Shown here: piece by piece, positions 9,696-19,355 of the stretch
How the letters are laid out: the number at the start of each line of letters is the position of its first letter
Position numbering within the stretch: position 1 is the stretch's first letter
Source of the DNA: Caldisericia bacterium
GTDB taxonomy: Bacteria > Caldisericota > Caldisericia > B22-G15
DNA length: 64,000 bases
Assembly: GCA_026414995.1 (NCBI GenBank)
Contig: JAOAHY010000002.1
Coordinates: forward strand, 592-64,591
Direction: 5' to 3'
The notes under the pieces: model-generated
The model's input: only the letters and a program-made list of their open reading frames with translations
Databases searched by the model: none
What the model was told of the DNA's origin: nothing
Position numbers and translations under genes: made by a program

Positions 9696-10405
9696 ATAAC
9701 TTTAAATGTTAAAAATATAATTATGAATATAATAAAAATAATTATCTCTTTTTTTTCGTATTTTAAATCAATAATATAACTTATATCTCCGTTATATCCT
9801 CTTAATTTCATTGCATTATAAACTTTCTCACTTTTTTCAATTGACCTTAATAATAAAACTCCTATAATATTTGAATAAACTTTTATTTGTCTCTTAAAAT
9901 ATCCTCCAAAATATCTTATATCTCTTGCTATTTCCATTCTTTTTATCTCATCTAATAAAACATAAAAATATCTATATATAAGAAGTATAGTATTTAGTAA
10001 TTCTTTTGGTAATTTTAAAAACTTTAAACTACATATTAATTGAGTAAAATTTGTTGTTTCAATAAAAGTAATTGCTAAAGCGATAGATAAAATTGATTTA
10101 GAAAATATTGAAATAAAATTTAAAATATTTAAAGGAAGATAAAAATAAACAAAATTAAAAAAATTAATTTCTAAAATTGTTTCTTTTTTAATAAATATTA
10201 ACATTATAGAAAAAGATAGAATAAATGGTGTTAAAGTTAATAATTTTTTTAGATAATTTTTAAAACCTATTTTATAAGTAAAAATAAAAATAGATAACAA
10301 GAAAGAAAGTATTAAAAGTTTATCAAGATCGAAAATTTTTGTTGTTATAATTGAAAATATAAAAGAAATTATAAATAAAAATTTTAATAATGGATTTTTA
10401 ATCAA
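9692..10405 (-). CDS. ECF transporter transmembrane T component (CbiQ/NikQ)
   Basis: 237-aa polytopic protein overlapping the ATPase gene by 4 nt. Position and size match CbiQ. Confidence 0.65.
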   Translation of the reverse strand: MIKNPLLKFLFIISFIFSIITTKIFDLDKLLILSFLLSIFIFTYKIGFKNYLKKLLTLTPFILSFSIMLIFIKKETILEINFFNFVYFYLPLNILNFISIFSKSILSIALAITFIETTNFTQLICSLKFLKLPKELLNTILLIYRYFYVLLDEIKRMEIARDIRYFGGYFKRQIKVYSNIIGVLLLRSIEKSEKVYNAMKLRGYNGDISYIIDLKYEKKEIIIFIIFIIIFLTFKVI

Positions 10406-10677
10406 CTTCTTTTCTTAATAAGATTTCCTGCAAAATAAAGGAGAACAAAAGTTGTTAAAGCACCAATTATACCAGCAAGAATAGTAGAAAATATTTCATT
10501 CTTTGTTAATGGAAATGTATAATCTGGCATTGGAGATTTAATTATAGAAGTTTCTTTATGTGAAAAATTAAAAATTTCACTAACTTTTTCAAGTCCATCA
10601 GGAAATGAAGATGCAAAAGGCGAAATCAAAACAATAAGCATTGAAATTAATAAACCAAAAATTATGTACTTTTTCAT
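10402..10677 (-). CDS. PDGLE-domain small membrane component of Ni/Co ECF transporter (CbiN/NikN-like)
   Basis: 91 aa, contains the 'FPDGLE' motif and two TM helices. Sits between the M and Q components. Confidence 0.55.
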   Translation of the reverse strand: MKKYIIFGLLISMLIVLISPFASSFPDGLEKVSEIFNFSHKETSIIKSPMPDYTFPLTKNEIFSTILAGIIGALTTFVLLYFAGNLIKKRS

Positions 10678-10679
10678 TT

Positions 10680-11315
10680 TTAAACTCCATGATTATAAAG
10701 ATTTATTAAATCTTTTTTAGTTTTATAAAGAAAATTTAAAATAAGAGAAGTAATAACACCTTCTGGAATTCCAATTAAAGTATGTATTCCAGTCATAGCA
10801 GGTAAGCCAAGATTTATTGGGACTGTATTAGAAATTGCAAGTTGAAATGAGCATGTTATTGCACCAAATATAACTACTAAAAACCCTGTTAAAAATGATG
10901 AGATTATAAAATTATTTCTTAAAATCTTTAATAAGAACCTATATAAATAATATCCAAGAAAAGTTCCCATTATCCCCATATTAAATATATTTGCACCAAG
11001 AGCAAGTATTCCACCATCTGCGAAAAGAATTGATTGAATTATGAGAATTGAACTCATTGTTATTAAACCAGCAAACGGACCTAATACAATACCTAGCAAT
11101 GCTCCTCCTACAAAATGGCCCGAAGTTCCATTTAAAATTGGGAAATTTAACATTTGTGCAGCAAAAACAAAAGCACCTAGAACTCCCATTAAAGGAACTG
11201 TCTTATCATTTAATTCTTTTCTTATTTTTTTAATTGAGTAAGATAGAAAAATTACAGAGAGTCCAGAAAATGCACCAACAGTTTTTCCATCTAAAAAACC
11301 ATCTGGCATATGCAT
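10680..11315 (-). CDS. Ni/Co ECF transporter substrate-capture component (CbiM/NikM)
   Basis: 211 aa. N-terminal 'MHMPDGFL' is the metal-ligating signature of CbiM/NikM. Confidence 0.8.
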   Translation of the reverse strand: MHMPDGFLDGKTVGAFSGLSVIFLSYSIKKIRKELNDKTVPLMGVLGAFVFAAQMLNFPILNGTSGHFVGGALLGIVLGPFAGLITMSSILIIQSILFADGGILALGANIFNMGIMGTFLGYYLYRFLLKILRNNFIISSFLTGFLVVIFGAITCSFQLAISNTVPINLGLPAMTGIHTLIGIPEGVITSLILNFLYKTKKDLINLYNHGV

Positions 11316-11317
11316 AT

Positions 11318-11725
11318 TTATACCTCCTCAATTCTCACAATTGAAATATTGAAGTTTAAACCTTTTATATTTTTTAGAAATTTTCTTAATTCATCAACTC
11401 TTTTTGAATCTCCTCTAAAAGCAATAACTTCAAGACAATTGTCTTTATCAATATGGACATGTAAGTTAGATATAATCAAATCATTATATTCATGTTGAAT
11501 GTCAGTTAATTTGTTTGTTAAATCTCTTTTATGGTGATTGTAAAAAAGAGTAATTGAACCAAATACACTCTTACTATTAATCCATTCTCTTTTAGTTAAA
11601 CTTTCTAAAATAATATCATTTATTGCTTTTGAGCGATTAGGATAATTTTCTAATTTTATAAATTCATCAAATTTTTTTAATAAATTCTTATCTAAAGATA
11701 CACCAAAACGAGCAAGTTCTCCCAT
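11318..11725 (-). CDS. nikR: nickel-responsive transcriptional regulator NikR
   Basis: 135 aa. N-terminal ribbon-helix-helix (GVSLDKNLLKKFDEFI) and C-terminal nickel-site 'HVHIDKDNCLEV' (compare E. coli VHVHLDHDNCLEV). Confidence 0.8.
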   Translation of the reverse strand: MGELARFGVSLDKNLLKKFDEFIKLENYPNRSKAINDIILESLTKREWINSKSVFGSITLFYNHHKRDLTNKLTDIQHEYNDLIISNLHVHIDKDNCLEVIAFRGDSKRVDELRKFLKNIKGLNFNISIVRIEEV

Positions 11726-11766
11726 AAATTACTCCTTGTAACACATTTTTTAAAATTCATAACACA

Positions 11767-11795
11767 ATATTAAATGAATAGAAATATTTTGTCAA
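11767..11795 (-). promoter_or_regulatory. sigma70-like promoter for nikR and the ECF operon (TTGACA, 17 nt, TAATAT on the minus strand)
   Basis: Minus-strand TTGACA (11795-11790) and TAATAT (11772-11767). Followed by a direct repeat TGTGTTA...TGTGTTA in the leader. Confidence 0.4.
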
Positions 11796-11814
11796 GTTAA
11801 AGTTTAAAATTTAA

Positions 11815-12588
11815 TTATTGAAATTTATAAAAATATGAAAGGTCTTTCTCTATTTTTCTTTTAGTCTCTTTTAAACTTTTTATTATCTCTTTTATATAAA
11901 ATTCTGAGAGTTTTGTTTTAGAAATAATTGTTCCAAGAGAATAAATCGAATTCTTATTTATATCGAAAATAGGAACAGATATATCAAAAAACCCATAAGC
12001 AAATTCTTCAATTGAAATTGAGAAGCCTTCTTTTTTTATTTTCTTAAATTCTTCAAAAAGATCTTTAAGGTTAATTTTTGTAAAATTTGTAAATGTTTCT
12101 AAATTTAAATTTTCAAGTAATTTAATTGCTTCTTCTTTATTTAGAAAAGAGACTATAACTTTTCCAAAAGAAGTTGAATGTATTGGAAAAAATTGATAAT
12201 TGCTCTTTTTTGAATTAGAATAAACTAATTTTAAATCCCCATTTTCAAGTTTGAAAAGAAATACATCTTCTTTTAATTTTTCTCCTAATTCTGAAACCAT
12301 TTTTTCTCCAAGAAAATAAATTAATTCTTTGAAAAGTATCTTTTTAGAAAGTTCAAAAATTTTATTATTTAAATAAAATTTAGAATCTCCTTTTTTATGA
12401 TCCAAAAAACCTTTTTTTAAAAGAACACTTAAAATTCTATAACTTCCAGATTTGCTTAGTTTAAAAAGATTTGATATCTCATTTATATCTACAAAAATTT
12501 CATCTTTTAAAAAAATATATTCTAAAATATCAATTAATTTACCTTGTGAGCCAAGGAAATCTTTATCTTTTATTTTTATTTCCTCCAA
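11815..12588 (-). CDS. IclR-family-like transcriptional regulator
   Basis: 257 aa. N-terminal wHTH (ILEYIFLKDEIFVDINEISNLFKLSKSGSYRILSVLLKKGFL) plus C-terminal effector-like domain. Confidence 0.5.
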   Translation of the reverse strand: MEEIKIKDKDFLGSQGKLIDILEYIFLKDEIFVDINEISNLFKLSKSGSYRILSVLLKKGFLDHKKGDSKFYLNNKIFELSKKILFKELIYFLGEKMVSELGEKLKEDVFLFKLENGDLKLVYSNSKKSNYQFFPIHSTSFGKVIVSFLNKEEAIKLLENLNLETFTNFTKINLKDLFEEFKKIKKEGFSISIEEFAYGFFDISVPIFDINKNSIYSLGTIISKTKLSEFYIKEIIKSLKETKRKIEKDLSYFYKFQ

Positions 12589-12594
12589 TGAATC

Positions 12595-13812
12595 TTATTG
12601 AATCTGGCCAACCATGTAAAATATTGGAAGATATAAAGAAATTACTATGAATCCTATAATTCCTCCAACAAAAATTATTAAAAGTGGCTCAATCATTGAT
12701 GTTAGTTGTCCAACTGCTCTATCAACTTCTTCTTCATAAAATTCGGAAACTTTTTTAAGCATTCCCTCCAATTCTCCTGTTTCTTCACCAACAGCTGTCA
12801 TTTGAACAACCATTGGAGTAAAAAGACCTGAGTCTTCCATTGGTTTTGATAAAGTCTCACCCCTTCTTACTCTATCCTCAATTTTTGTAATCTCTCTTTC
12901 AATAATTACATTATCAACAGTTGAAGCAACAGTATCTAATGCTTGAAGAAGAGGAACTCCTGCTGAAAGAAGTGAAGATAGAGTACCTGCAAATCTAGCC
13001 ATAATTGTTAAATGATTCACCTTACCAAGAACTGGCATTCTAAGTTTTCCTCTATCAACTCTTTCTCTTCCGAAAGGTGTTGATTTATAAACATTATATA
13101 AAGAATATCCAACTACAAAAACTATTAATAAAACCCACCAATATCTTGTTAATGCTCTTGAAAGATTTAATGTAAAAGCTGTCATTGCAGGCAATGGGAC
13201 ATTTAAATCTGCAAAAAAACCAGCAAATCTTGGAACAAAAATTGTCAACATAAAAAATCCAAGAGTAAATGCAAATAAAAGCACAAATAAAGGATAACTC
13301 ATTGCACTTTTAATTTTTTGTCTTAATCTATAATCATTTTCAAGAAATTCTGTAATCCTCTCTAAAGATCTATCAAGAGTTCCACCGACTTCTCCTGCTC
13401 TTACCATACTTACATAAAGATTTGAAAAAATAGTTGGATAATTCATTAAACTTGTAGAAAGAGGAATTCCTGACTCAACATTTCTCTTTAATTCTTTTGC
13501 AACCTCTCTTAATTTTTTTGTTGGCGATTGATATGAAAGAATATCAAGAATTCTTGTCAAGGGAAGACCTGCTTTAAGCATTGTTGTGAATTGTCTAGTG
13601 AAAAAGAGGAGGTCTTTAATACTAACTCCCCTTTTGCCAAAAAACTTAAATAGTATTCCAGCAATTCCACTCTCTTCACTTTTTTCAATTTTAATTGGAA
13701 TTAAACCTCTTTTTTTAAGAGATGCTTCAAGGTCTTCTGCATTAGGTGCTTCTAAAACCCCCTCAACTACTTTTCCATAACTATCTCTTCCTTTATATTT
13801 GAACTTTGCCAT
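12595..13812 (-). CDS. pilC: type IV pilus assembly platform protein PilC (GspF family)
   Basis: 405 aa, duplicated T2SSF domains, three TM segments. Adjacent to pilT and pilB. Confidence 0.8.
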   Translation of the reverse strand: MAKFKYKGRDSYGKVVEGVLEAPNAEDLEASLKKRGLIPIKIEKSEESGIAGILFKFFGKRGVSIKDLLFFTRQFTTMLKAGLPLTRILDILSYQSPTKKLREVAKELKRNVESGIPLSTSLMNYPTIFSNLYVSMVRAGEVGGTLDRSLERITEFLENDYRLRQKIKSAMSYPLFVLLFAFTLGFFMLTIFVPRFAGFFADLNVPLPAMTAFTLNLSRALTRYWWVLLIVFVVGYSLYNVYKSTPFGRERVDRGKLRMPVLGKVNHLTIMARFAGTLSSLLSAGVPLLQALDTVASTVDNVIIEREITKIEDRVRRGETLSKPMEDSGLFTPMVVQMTAVGEETGELEGMLKKVSEFYEEEVDRAVGQLTSMIEPLLIIFVGGIIGFIVISLYLPIFYMVGQIQ

Positions 13813-14878
13813 AACTCTCTCTTCCTATAATTTTAATTAATTCATCCCTATCATAAGAATATTTTATTGCATCTTCATAAGTAATTAAACCTCTATCATA
13901 TAAATCTTTTAATGATTGATTCATTGTTTGCATACCAAGATCTCTTGAAGTTTGAATAATAGTATTAATTTGATATGTTTTGTTTTCTCTAATAAGATTT
14001 CTAACAGCAGGTGTTACTATTAATACTTCAGTTGCAAGAACTAAGCCTCCACCATCTCTTCTTGGAAGTAGTTGTTGTGAAAAAATTGCTGATAAGTTAT
14101 TTGAAAGTTGTATTCTTATTTGTTGTTGCTGGTGTGGTGGGAAGACATCTATTATTCTATCTATAGATTGTGCCGCAGTATTTGTGTGAAGAGTTGCAAA
14201 AACAAGATGACCTGTTTCTGCTGCGGTAATTGCAGCAGAAATTGTTTCGAGGTCTCTCATCTCACCAACAAGAATAACATCAGGATCTTCTCTTAAAACG
14301 CTCTTTAATGCATTAGGAAAAGATTTAGTGTCAGAGCCGAGTTCTCTTTGAACTACAATACTTTTTTTGTGTCTGAAAAGATATTCAATTGGGTCTTCTA
14401 TTGTTATAATATGAACACTTTTAGTTGCATTTATTCTGTCTATCACTGAAGCAAGAGTTGTGGATTTTCCAGCACCAGTTGCTCCAGTTACTAAAACAAA
14501 ACCTTTTTCTAATTCAACAATTTTATTCATAATAGGTGGAAGACCGAGTTCTTCAAAAGTTGGGATATCCCAAGGTATTACTCTAAATGCAGCTGCAACA
14601 GTTTGTCTTTGTCTAAAAACATTTACCCTAAATCTTCCAACATGAGCAACACCAAAAGAAAAGTCGATTTCCCAGTTTTCTTTAAATATTCTTTTTTGTT
14701 CATCATTCATTATTGGATAAATTAATTCTTCTATCTCTTCAGGTGTGAGTGGATCACCTTTTAACGGTAATAAATTTTTTTTAATTCTAAAAACAGGTGG
14801 TAAACCTGCTGTTAAATGCAAATCAGAAGCATTTTTTTCTTTACAAATCTTAAGCAAATCATCTAATTTATAAATCAT
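13793..14878 (-). CDS. pilT: type IV pilus retraction ATPase PilT
   Basis: 361 aa. Walker A 'GATGAGKSTT', PilT-size secretion ATPase lacking the N-terminal GspE_N domain. Confidence 0.85.
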   Translation of the reverse strand: MIYKLDDLLKICKEKNASDLHLTAGLPPVFRIKKNLLPLKGDPLTPEEIEELIYPIMNDEQKRIFKENWEIDFSFGVAHVGRFRVNVFRQRQTVAAAFRVIPWDIPTFEELGLPPIMNKIVELEKGFVLVTGATGAGKSTTLASVIDRINATKSVHIITIEDPIEYLFRHKKSIVVQRELGSDTKSFPNALKSVLREDPDVILVGEMRDLETISAAITAAETGHLVFATLHTNTAAQSIDRIIDVFPPHQQQQIRIQLSNNLSAIFSQQLLPRRDGGGLVLATEVLIVTPAVRNLIRENKTYQINTIIQTSRDLGMQTMNQSLKDLYDRGLITYEDAIKYSYDRDELIKIIGRESYGKVQI

Positions 14879-16590
14879 CCTTCAAGCACCTCAACAGTTG
14901 AAATAACTCTAATAACTTCCTCAACTGTTGTTATACCTTTTTTTGCTTTATCTATTGCATCTTGAAGCAAAGATATAGTTCCATTTTTTATTGCATACTC
15001 TTTAATTTCAGTTGATGATCTTCTTTGAAGAACCATTTCTCTTATTGTATCATCTATCTTTAAAACTTCTTGAACTGCAATTCTTCCTTTATATCCACTA
15101 TTCCCACAGGTAATACAACCTTTACCTTTATAAAACACTCCATCATAATCTTCTAATCCAATTTGTTTCAAAATAAATTTATTAGGTTTATACTCTTCTT
15201 TGCATTCATTGCATATCTTTCTAACCAATCTTTGTGCTGTAACTCCAATTAAAGATGATGCTATAAGATATGGTTCAATTCCCATATCAATTAATCTTGT
15301 TGGTGCAGAGAAAGAATCATTTGTATGAAGTGTTGAAAAAACTAGGTGACCAGTCAATGCTGCTTCCATTGCAATTTGTGCTGTTTCTCTATCTCTTATC
15401 TCACCAACAAGAATAATATCTGGGTCTTGTCTTAAAAAGGATCTTAAAGCATTTGCAAATGTCAAATTGATTTTCGGATTAACCTGTACTTGAGTTATAC
15501 CATCAAGTTGGTATTCAACTGGATCTTCAACTGTCAATATATTTACCTCAGGTGTGTTTAATATTCTTAAAATTGCATATAGTGTTGTAGATTTACCAGA
15601 ACCAGTTGGACCTGTTATTAATATCATTCCGTATGGTTGTTTTATTAGAGTTTTAAAAATTTCAAGACTTGTTTCTGAAAACCCAAGTTGTTCTAGTGGA
15701 ATTAAAGACCTCTCTTTATCAAGTATTCTTAAAACAACTTTTTCTCCAAAAATTCCTGGAAGTACAGATACTCTTAAATCTACTTCTCTTCCTCTAAATT
15801 TTAAATTTATTCTTCCATCTTGAGGTCTTCTTCTCTCTGCTATATCTAGATTTGCCATAATTTTTGCTCTTGAAATTAAACCTGGTTGAATATTTTTTGG
15901 AAGATTCATTGCATCTCTTAAAACTCCGTCAATTCTATATCTTATTCTTAAAAACCTTTTTTGGGGTTCAATATGAATATCTGAAGCATTTGATGTAATT
16001 GCTTCTGTAATAATTTGGTTCATAAGTCTAATTATAGGTGCTGTTTCTGCTAAACTTTTTGCTTCATCTATAGATAATTCAACATCTTTTACTTCTTCTT
16101 TTTCTACTTCAATTGGAGTACTACCAGTCATTTCTTTAACAGCCTCTTTAACAGTTGTTTCCATAGCATAATATTTCTCTATATTTCTTAAAATTGATTC
16201 ATAGGATGCAACAAAAATTTTAATATTTGGTATAAAATTTCTTAGATAATCTATTGCGACAATATCTGTTGGATCAGCAATTGCAACCATAATTTTATCA
16301 TCTCTTGATTTTCCAAAAGGAATTGCTTTATATCTTCTTGCAACTTCTTCAGATATTATACGAACTATTTCTTTATCAATCTCAACTGTTGAAAGATCTA
16401 TATATGGAAAACCCCACTGTCTCGCTAAAAGATTTGCATATGTTTCTTCATTTATATATTTTAATTTTTTTAATGTGTCAAGAAGAGGTTCACCACTCTT
16501 TTTACTTTCATCTAGAGCTACTTTAAGTTGTTCTTCAGTTACAATTCCGTCTGTTATTAAATTATTTCCAATTTGTGAATATTTATCCAT
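14875..16590 (-). CDS. pilB: type IV pilus assembly ATPase PilB (GspE family)
   Basis: 571 aa. GspE_N domain, Walker A 'GPTGSGKSTT', tetracysteine 'CNECKEEY...CITCGNSGYKGR' zinc motif. Confidence 0.85.
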   Translation of the reverse strand: MDKYSQIGNNLITDGIVTEEQLKVALDESKKSGEPLLDTLKKLKYINEETYANLLARQWGFPYIDLSTVEIDKEIVRIISEEVARRYKAIPFGKSRDDKIMVAIADPTDIVAIDYLRNFIPNIKIFVASYESILRNIEKYYAMETTVKEAVKEMTGSTPIEVEKEEVKDVELSIDEAKSLAETAPIIRLMNQIITEAITSNASDIHIEPQKRFLRIRYRIDGVLRDAMNLPKNIQPGLISRAKIMANLDIAERRRPQDGRINLKFRGREVDLRVSVLPGIFGEKVVLRILDKERSLIPLEQLGFSETSLEIFKTLIKQPYGMILITGPTGSGKSTTLYAILRILNTPEVNILTVEDPVEYQLDGITQVQVNPKINLTFANALRSFLRQDPDIILVGEIRDRETAQIAMEAALTGHLVFSTLHTNDSFSAPTRLIDMGIEPYLIASSLIGVTAQRLVRKICNECKEEYKPNKFILKQIGLEDYDGVFYKGKGCITCGNSGYKGRIAVQEVLKIDDTIREMVLQRRSSTEIKEYAIKNGTISLLQDAIDKAKKGITTVEEVIRVISTVEVLEG

Positions 16591-16597
16591 AAACTAA

Positions 16598-17095
16598 TTA
16601 TAACATAACAAAATTTTTGATTTTTTTTAAAATAGGTTCTTCAAAAATTCTTTGAAATTTAGTTAAAATAAAATCTCTTTTTTTATCTTTTGGTTCAACA
16701 AGTATTGTATAAAAACCTAAAAAATTTCCACCTAAAATATCTGTAAAAATTTGATCTCCTATTAAAATAATATTATTTTTATTTAATTTTAATAATTTAA
16801 GAATTTTAAGAAATGAAAATGGAAGAGGTTTTAAACCATTAAAAATTATAGGAATATTTAGTTCTTTAATTTCTTTAATTTCTCTTTTCTTTCTATTATT
16901 TGAAATTATTCCTATTTTAAATTTTTCTTTTGCATATTTTAACCAATTAATAATTTCCTTCTCTAAAATATATTCACCTCTTTTCGTTAAAGTGTTATCA
17001 AGATCTAAAATTATTCCTTTAAAAGATGAATATTTATCTAAATTTATATCTTCTACTTTTTTATAAAATTCTTTTGGATATAAAATTTTAAGCAT
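16598..17095 (-). CDS. HAD-superfamily phosphatase (YqeG-like)
   Basis: 165 aa. 'IILDLDNTL' DxDxT motif I. Confidence 0.6.
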   Translation of the reverse strand: MLKILYPKEFYKKVEDINLDKYSSFKGIILDLDNTLTKRGEYILEKEIINWLKYAKEKFKIGIISNNRKKREIKEIKELNIPIIFNGLKPLPFSFLKILKLLKLNKNNIILIGDQIFTDILGGNFLGFYTILVEPKDKKRDFILTKFQRIFEEPILKKIKNFVML

Positions 17096-17333
17096 TACCG
17101 TAATTTAATGGTTCATATAGTAAAGGAACTATTTCAGAAACTTCTTTTAAAAAAGAGAGAACATCATTCATTAAAGATTTATCAAAAGAAATATCCATTA
17201 TCCCTAAATTGTCATCAACATAGGTGTATAAAATCATTGCTTTACCTTCAAGTGATTCTATTAAGGTTTGAAGTATCATAATGTTTTCTTTTGGAAAAAA
17301 TATTCTTAAAATAGACTCATTCATTAATATCAC
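17088..17333 (-). CDS. hypothetical protein
   Basis: 81-aa ORF tightly packed between the HAD and udk genes with 4-8-nt overlaps. No motif. Confidence 0.3.
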   Translation of the reverse strand: MILMNESILRIFFPKENIMILQTLIESLEGKAMILYTYVDDNLGIMDISFDKSLMNDVLSFLKEVSEIVPLLYEPLNYGNA

Positions 17334-17944
17334 TCCCTGAAAAATTCCTTGATTCTACTAACAACAATATCAACTGCAACAACATTAAAACCACCTTCTG
17401 GAATAATTATATCAGCAAATCTTTTTGTTGGTTCAACAAATTGAATATGCATTGGTCTTACAACTTCAGTGTATTGTTTTATGACTGAATCAATTGTTCT
17501 CCCTCTCTCTTTTATATCTCTCAGAAGTCTTCTAATTAATCTTATATCAGCATCAGTATCAACATAAATTTTAATATCCATTACTCTTCTCAACTCTTCG
17601 AAAAATAGAGCAAAAATTCCTTCAAGAATTATAATTCTTTTTGGTTTAACCTCTTCATAATCTTTTAGACGAGTATATTCGACAAAAGAGTATATGGGTT
17701 TTTTAACAACTTCTCCTTTTAAAAGCATCTCTATGTGAGATTTAAGAAGAGGAATATCAAATGCATCTGGATGATCATAATTTATTTTTAGCCTCTCTTC
17801 AAATGGAATATTTGAATTGTCTTTATAATATGAATCCATGTCTAAAATTAAAATATCTTCACCTATTTTTTCTTTTATATTTTGAGCTACTGTTGTTTTG
17901 CCAGAACCAGTTCCACCAGCAATTCCAATTAACATTATTCTCAT
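17330..17944 (-). CDS. udk: uridine kinase
   Basis: 204 aa. '[13 protein letters not shown]' P-loop and PRK/uridine-kinase family length. Confidence 0.75.
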   Translation of the reverse strand: MRIMLIGIAGGTGSGKTTVAQNIKEKIGEDILILDMDSYYKDNSNIPFEERLKINYDHPDAFDIPLLKSHIEMLLKGEVVKKPIYSFVEYTRLKDYEEVKPKRIIILEGIFALFFEELRRVMDIKIYVDTDADIRLIRRLLRDIKERGRTIDSVIKQYTEVVRPMHIQFVEPTKRFADIIIPEGGFNVVAVDIVVSRIKEFFRE

Positions 17945-18927
17945 GGCATTACCTTGTGAATGTTTCTTAAATGTTCCTCAAAAGTTTTAGCAAAAATGTG
18001 TCTTCCCTTACCATCAGCAACAAAATAAAGATAATCTGTTTTTTTTGGATTTAAAACAGCTATAATTGATTTTATTGATGGATTACAAATTGGAGTAGGT
18101 GGAAGACCGTTATATTTATAAGAGTTATATGGAGAGTCAATCTCAAGTTCTTTTGATGAAAGTGTGTAAGATGGGTTATCAAGGATGTATTTTAGCGTTG
18201 GGTCTGCCTGAAGTGGCATACCAATTTCTAATCTGTTAATAAATACGCCAGCAATAATATCTCTTTCTTCATCAACCATTGCCTCTTTTTCAACAATTGA
18301 TGCAAGTTTCAAAATATCATATTTGTTTAGTTTTCCATTATAATCTTTATAAACTTCAAAAAATTTCTTTTTGAAGTTTTCAAGCATCATTAAAATATTA
18401 TTTTTTAAATTTTCTCTTTCAAAATAATATGTATCAGGATATAAAAAACCCTCAAGTGATTTAGCTTCTTCAAAAATATAACTTTTATATTCTTCGATTT
18501 TATTCACCTCTTCAAAAAATCTTTCTTTTGTGCATAAACCATTCTCTTCAAAAGATTTAGCAATATCTTTTAAAGTGAAACCCTCTTTTATTGTTACTTT
18601 AATAAATGGAGGAAGACCACCTTGAGTTAGTTTAAAAAGAACTTCTTTTAAATTCATCTTTTCATTAAATTCATAAATACCTGATTTTAATTTTTCATCA
18701 ATTTCGTAATATTTTGCAAAAAGAACAAAAAGTTCAGCATTTTTAATTATATTTTCCTCTTTAAGTTTCTTTCCAATCTCTCTTGGCGTCATTCCATCTT
18801 TAATATAAACTTTTTTTGGTTCAAAATTCATTGGTGGTTTAAACTCTTCATAAGCATATAAACCCAATGAAAGGAAAATTAAAAGAAAAATTGAAAAAAT
18901 TAATGTTATCATTTTAATAATTTTCAT
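17941..18927 (-). CDS. mltG: endolytic murein transglycosylase MltG (YceG)
   Basis: 328 aa. N-terminal TM anchor, YceG-like domain. Conserved alaS-ruvX-mltG order. Confidence 0.8.
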   Translation of the reverse strand: MKIIKMITLIFSIFLLIFLSLGLYAYEEFKPPMNFEPKKVYIKDGMTPREIGKKLKEENIIKNAELFVLFAKYYEIDEKLKSGIYEFNEKMNLKEVLFKLTQGGLPPFIKVTIKEGFTLKDIAKSFEENGLCTKERFFEEVNKIEEYKSYIFEEAKSLEGFLYPDTYYFERENLKNNILMMLENFKKKFFEVYKDYNGKLNKYDILKLASIVEKEAMVDEERDIIAGVFINRLEIGMPLQADPTLKYILDNPSYTLSSKELEIDSPYNSYKYNGLPPTPICNPSIKSIIAVLNPKKTDYLYFVADGKGRHIFAKTFEEHLRNIHKVMP

Positions 18928-19343
18928 TTTAGCCTCTCAAGATAAGAATTTAAAATAATTATAGCACTTGAAAGATCATCTTGAGTTTTTTTCTCTTTTA
19001 TTTTTTCTCCTTTCTTTTTTTCAAAAGAAAATCTTTGTTTTGATATTTTTGTTGTGAATCTCTCATCGATAAGTTCAACTTGAATCGAAAATCTTTTCTC
19101 AATTTCTTCTTTTACTTTTAAAATTTTTTCACCTTCTTTTTCAATATTTCCAGAAAGAGATATTGGAAGTCCGAGAATTATTTTCTCAATATTATATTTT
19201 TCTATTAAATCTTTTAAAACATTCATTTTTTCCTCAAAATCTCCATAAAAAATTCCAACACCATTTGCAGAAATTTTAAGTGGGTCTGATACACTAACCC
19301 CCATTTTTTTATCACCCCAATCAACTCCTAAAATTCTTTTCAT
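18924..19343 (-). CDS. ruvX: Holliday-junction-resolvase-like RuvX (YqgF)
   Basis: 139 aa. 'ILGVDWGDKKMGVSVSD' RNase H-like YqgF signature. Confidence 0.8.
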   Translation of the reverse strand: MKRILGVDWGDKKMGVSVSDPLKISANGVGIFYGDFEEKMNVLKDLIEKYNIEKIILGLPISLSGNIEKEGEKILKVKEEIEKRFSIQVELIDERFTTKISKQRFSFEKKKGEKIKEKKTQDDLSSAIIILNSYLERLK

Positions 19344-19355
19344 CTATTCCTCAAT

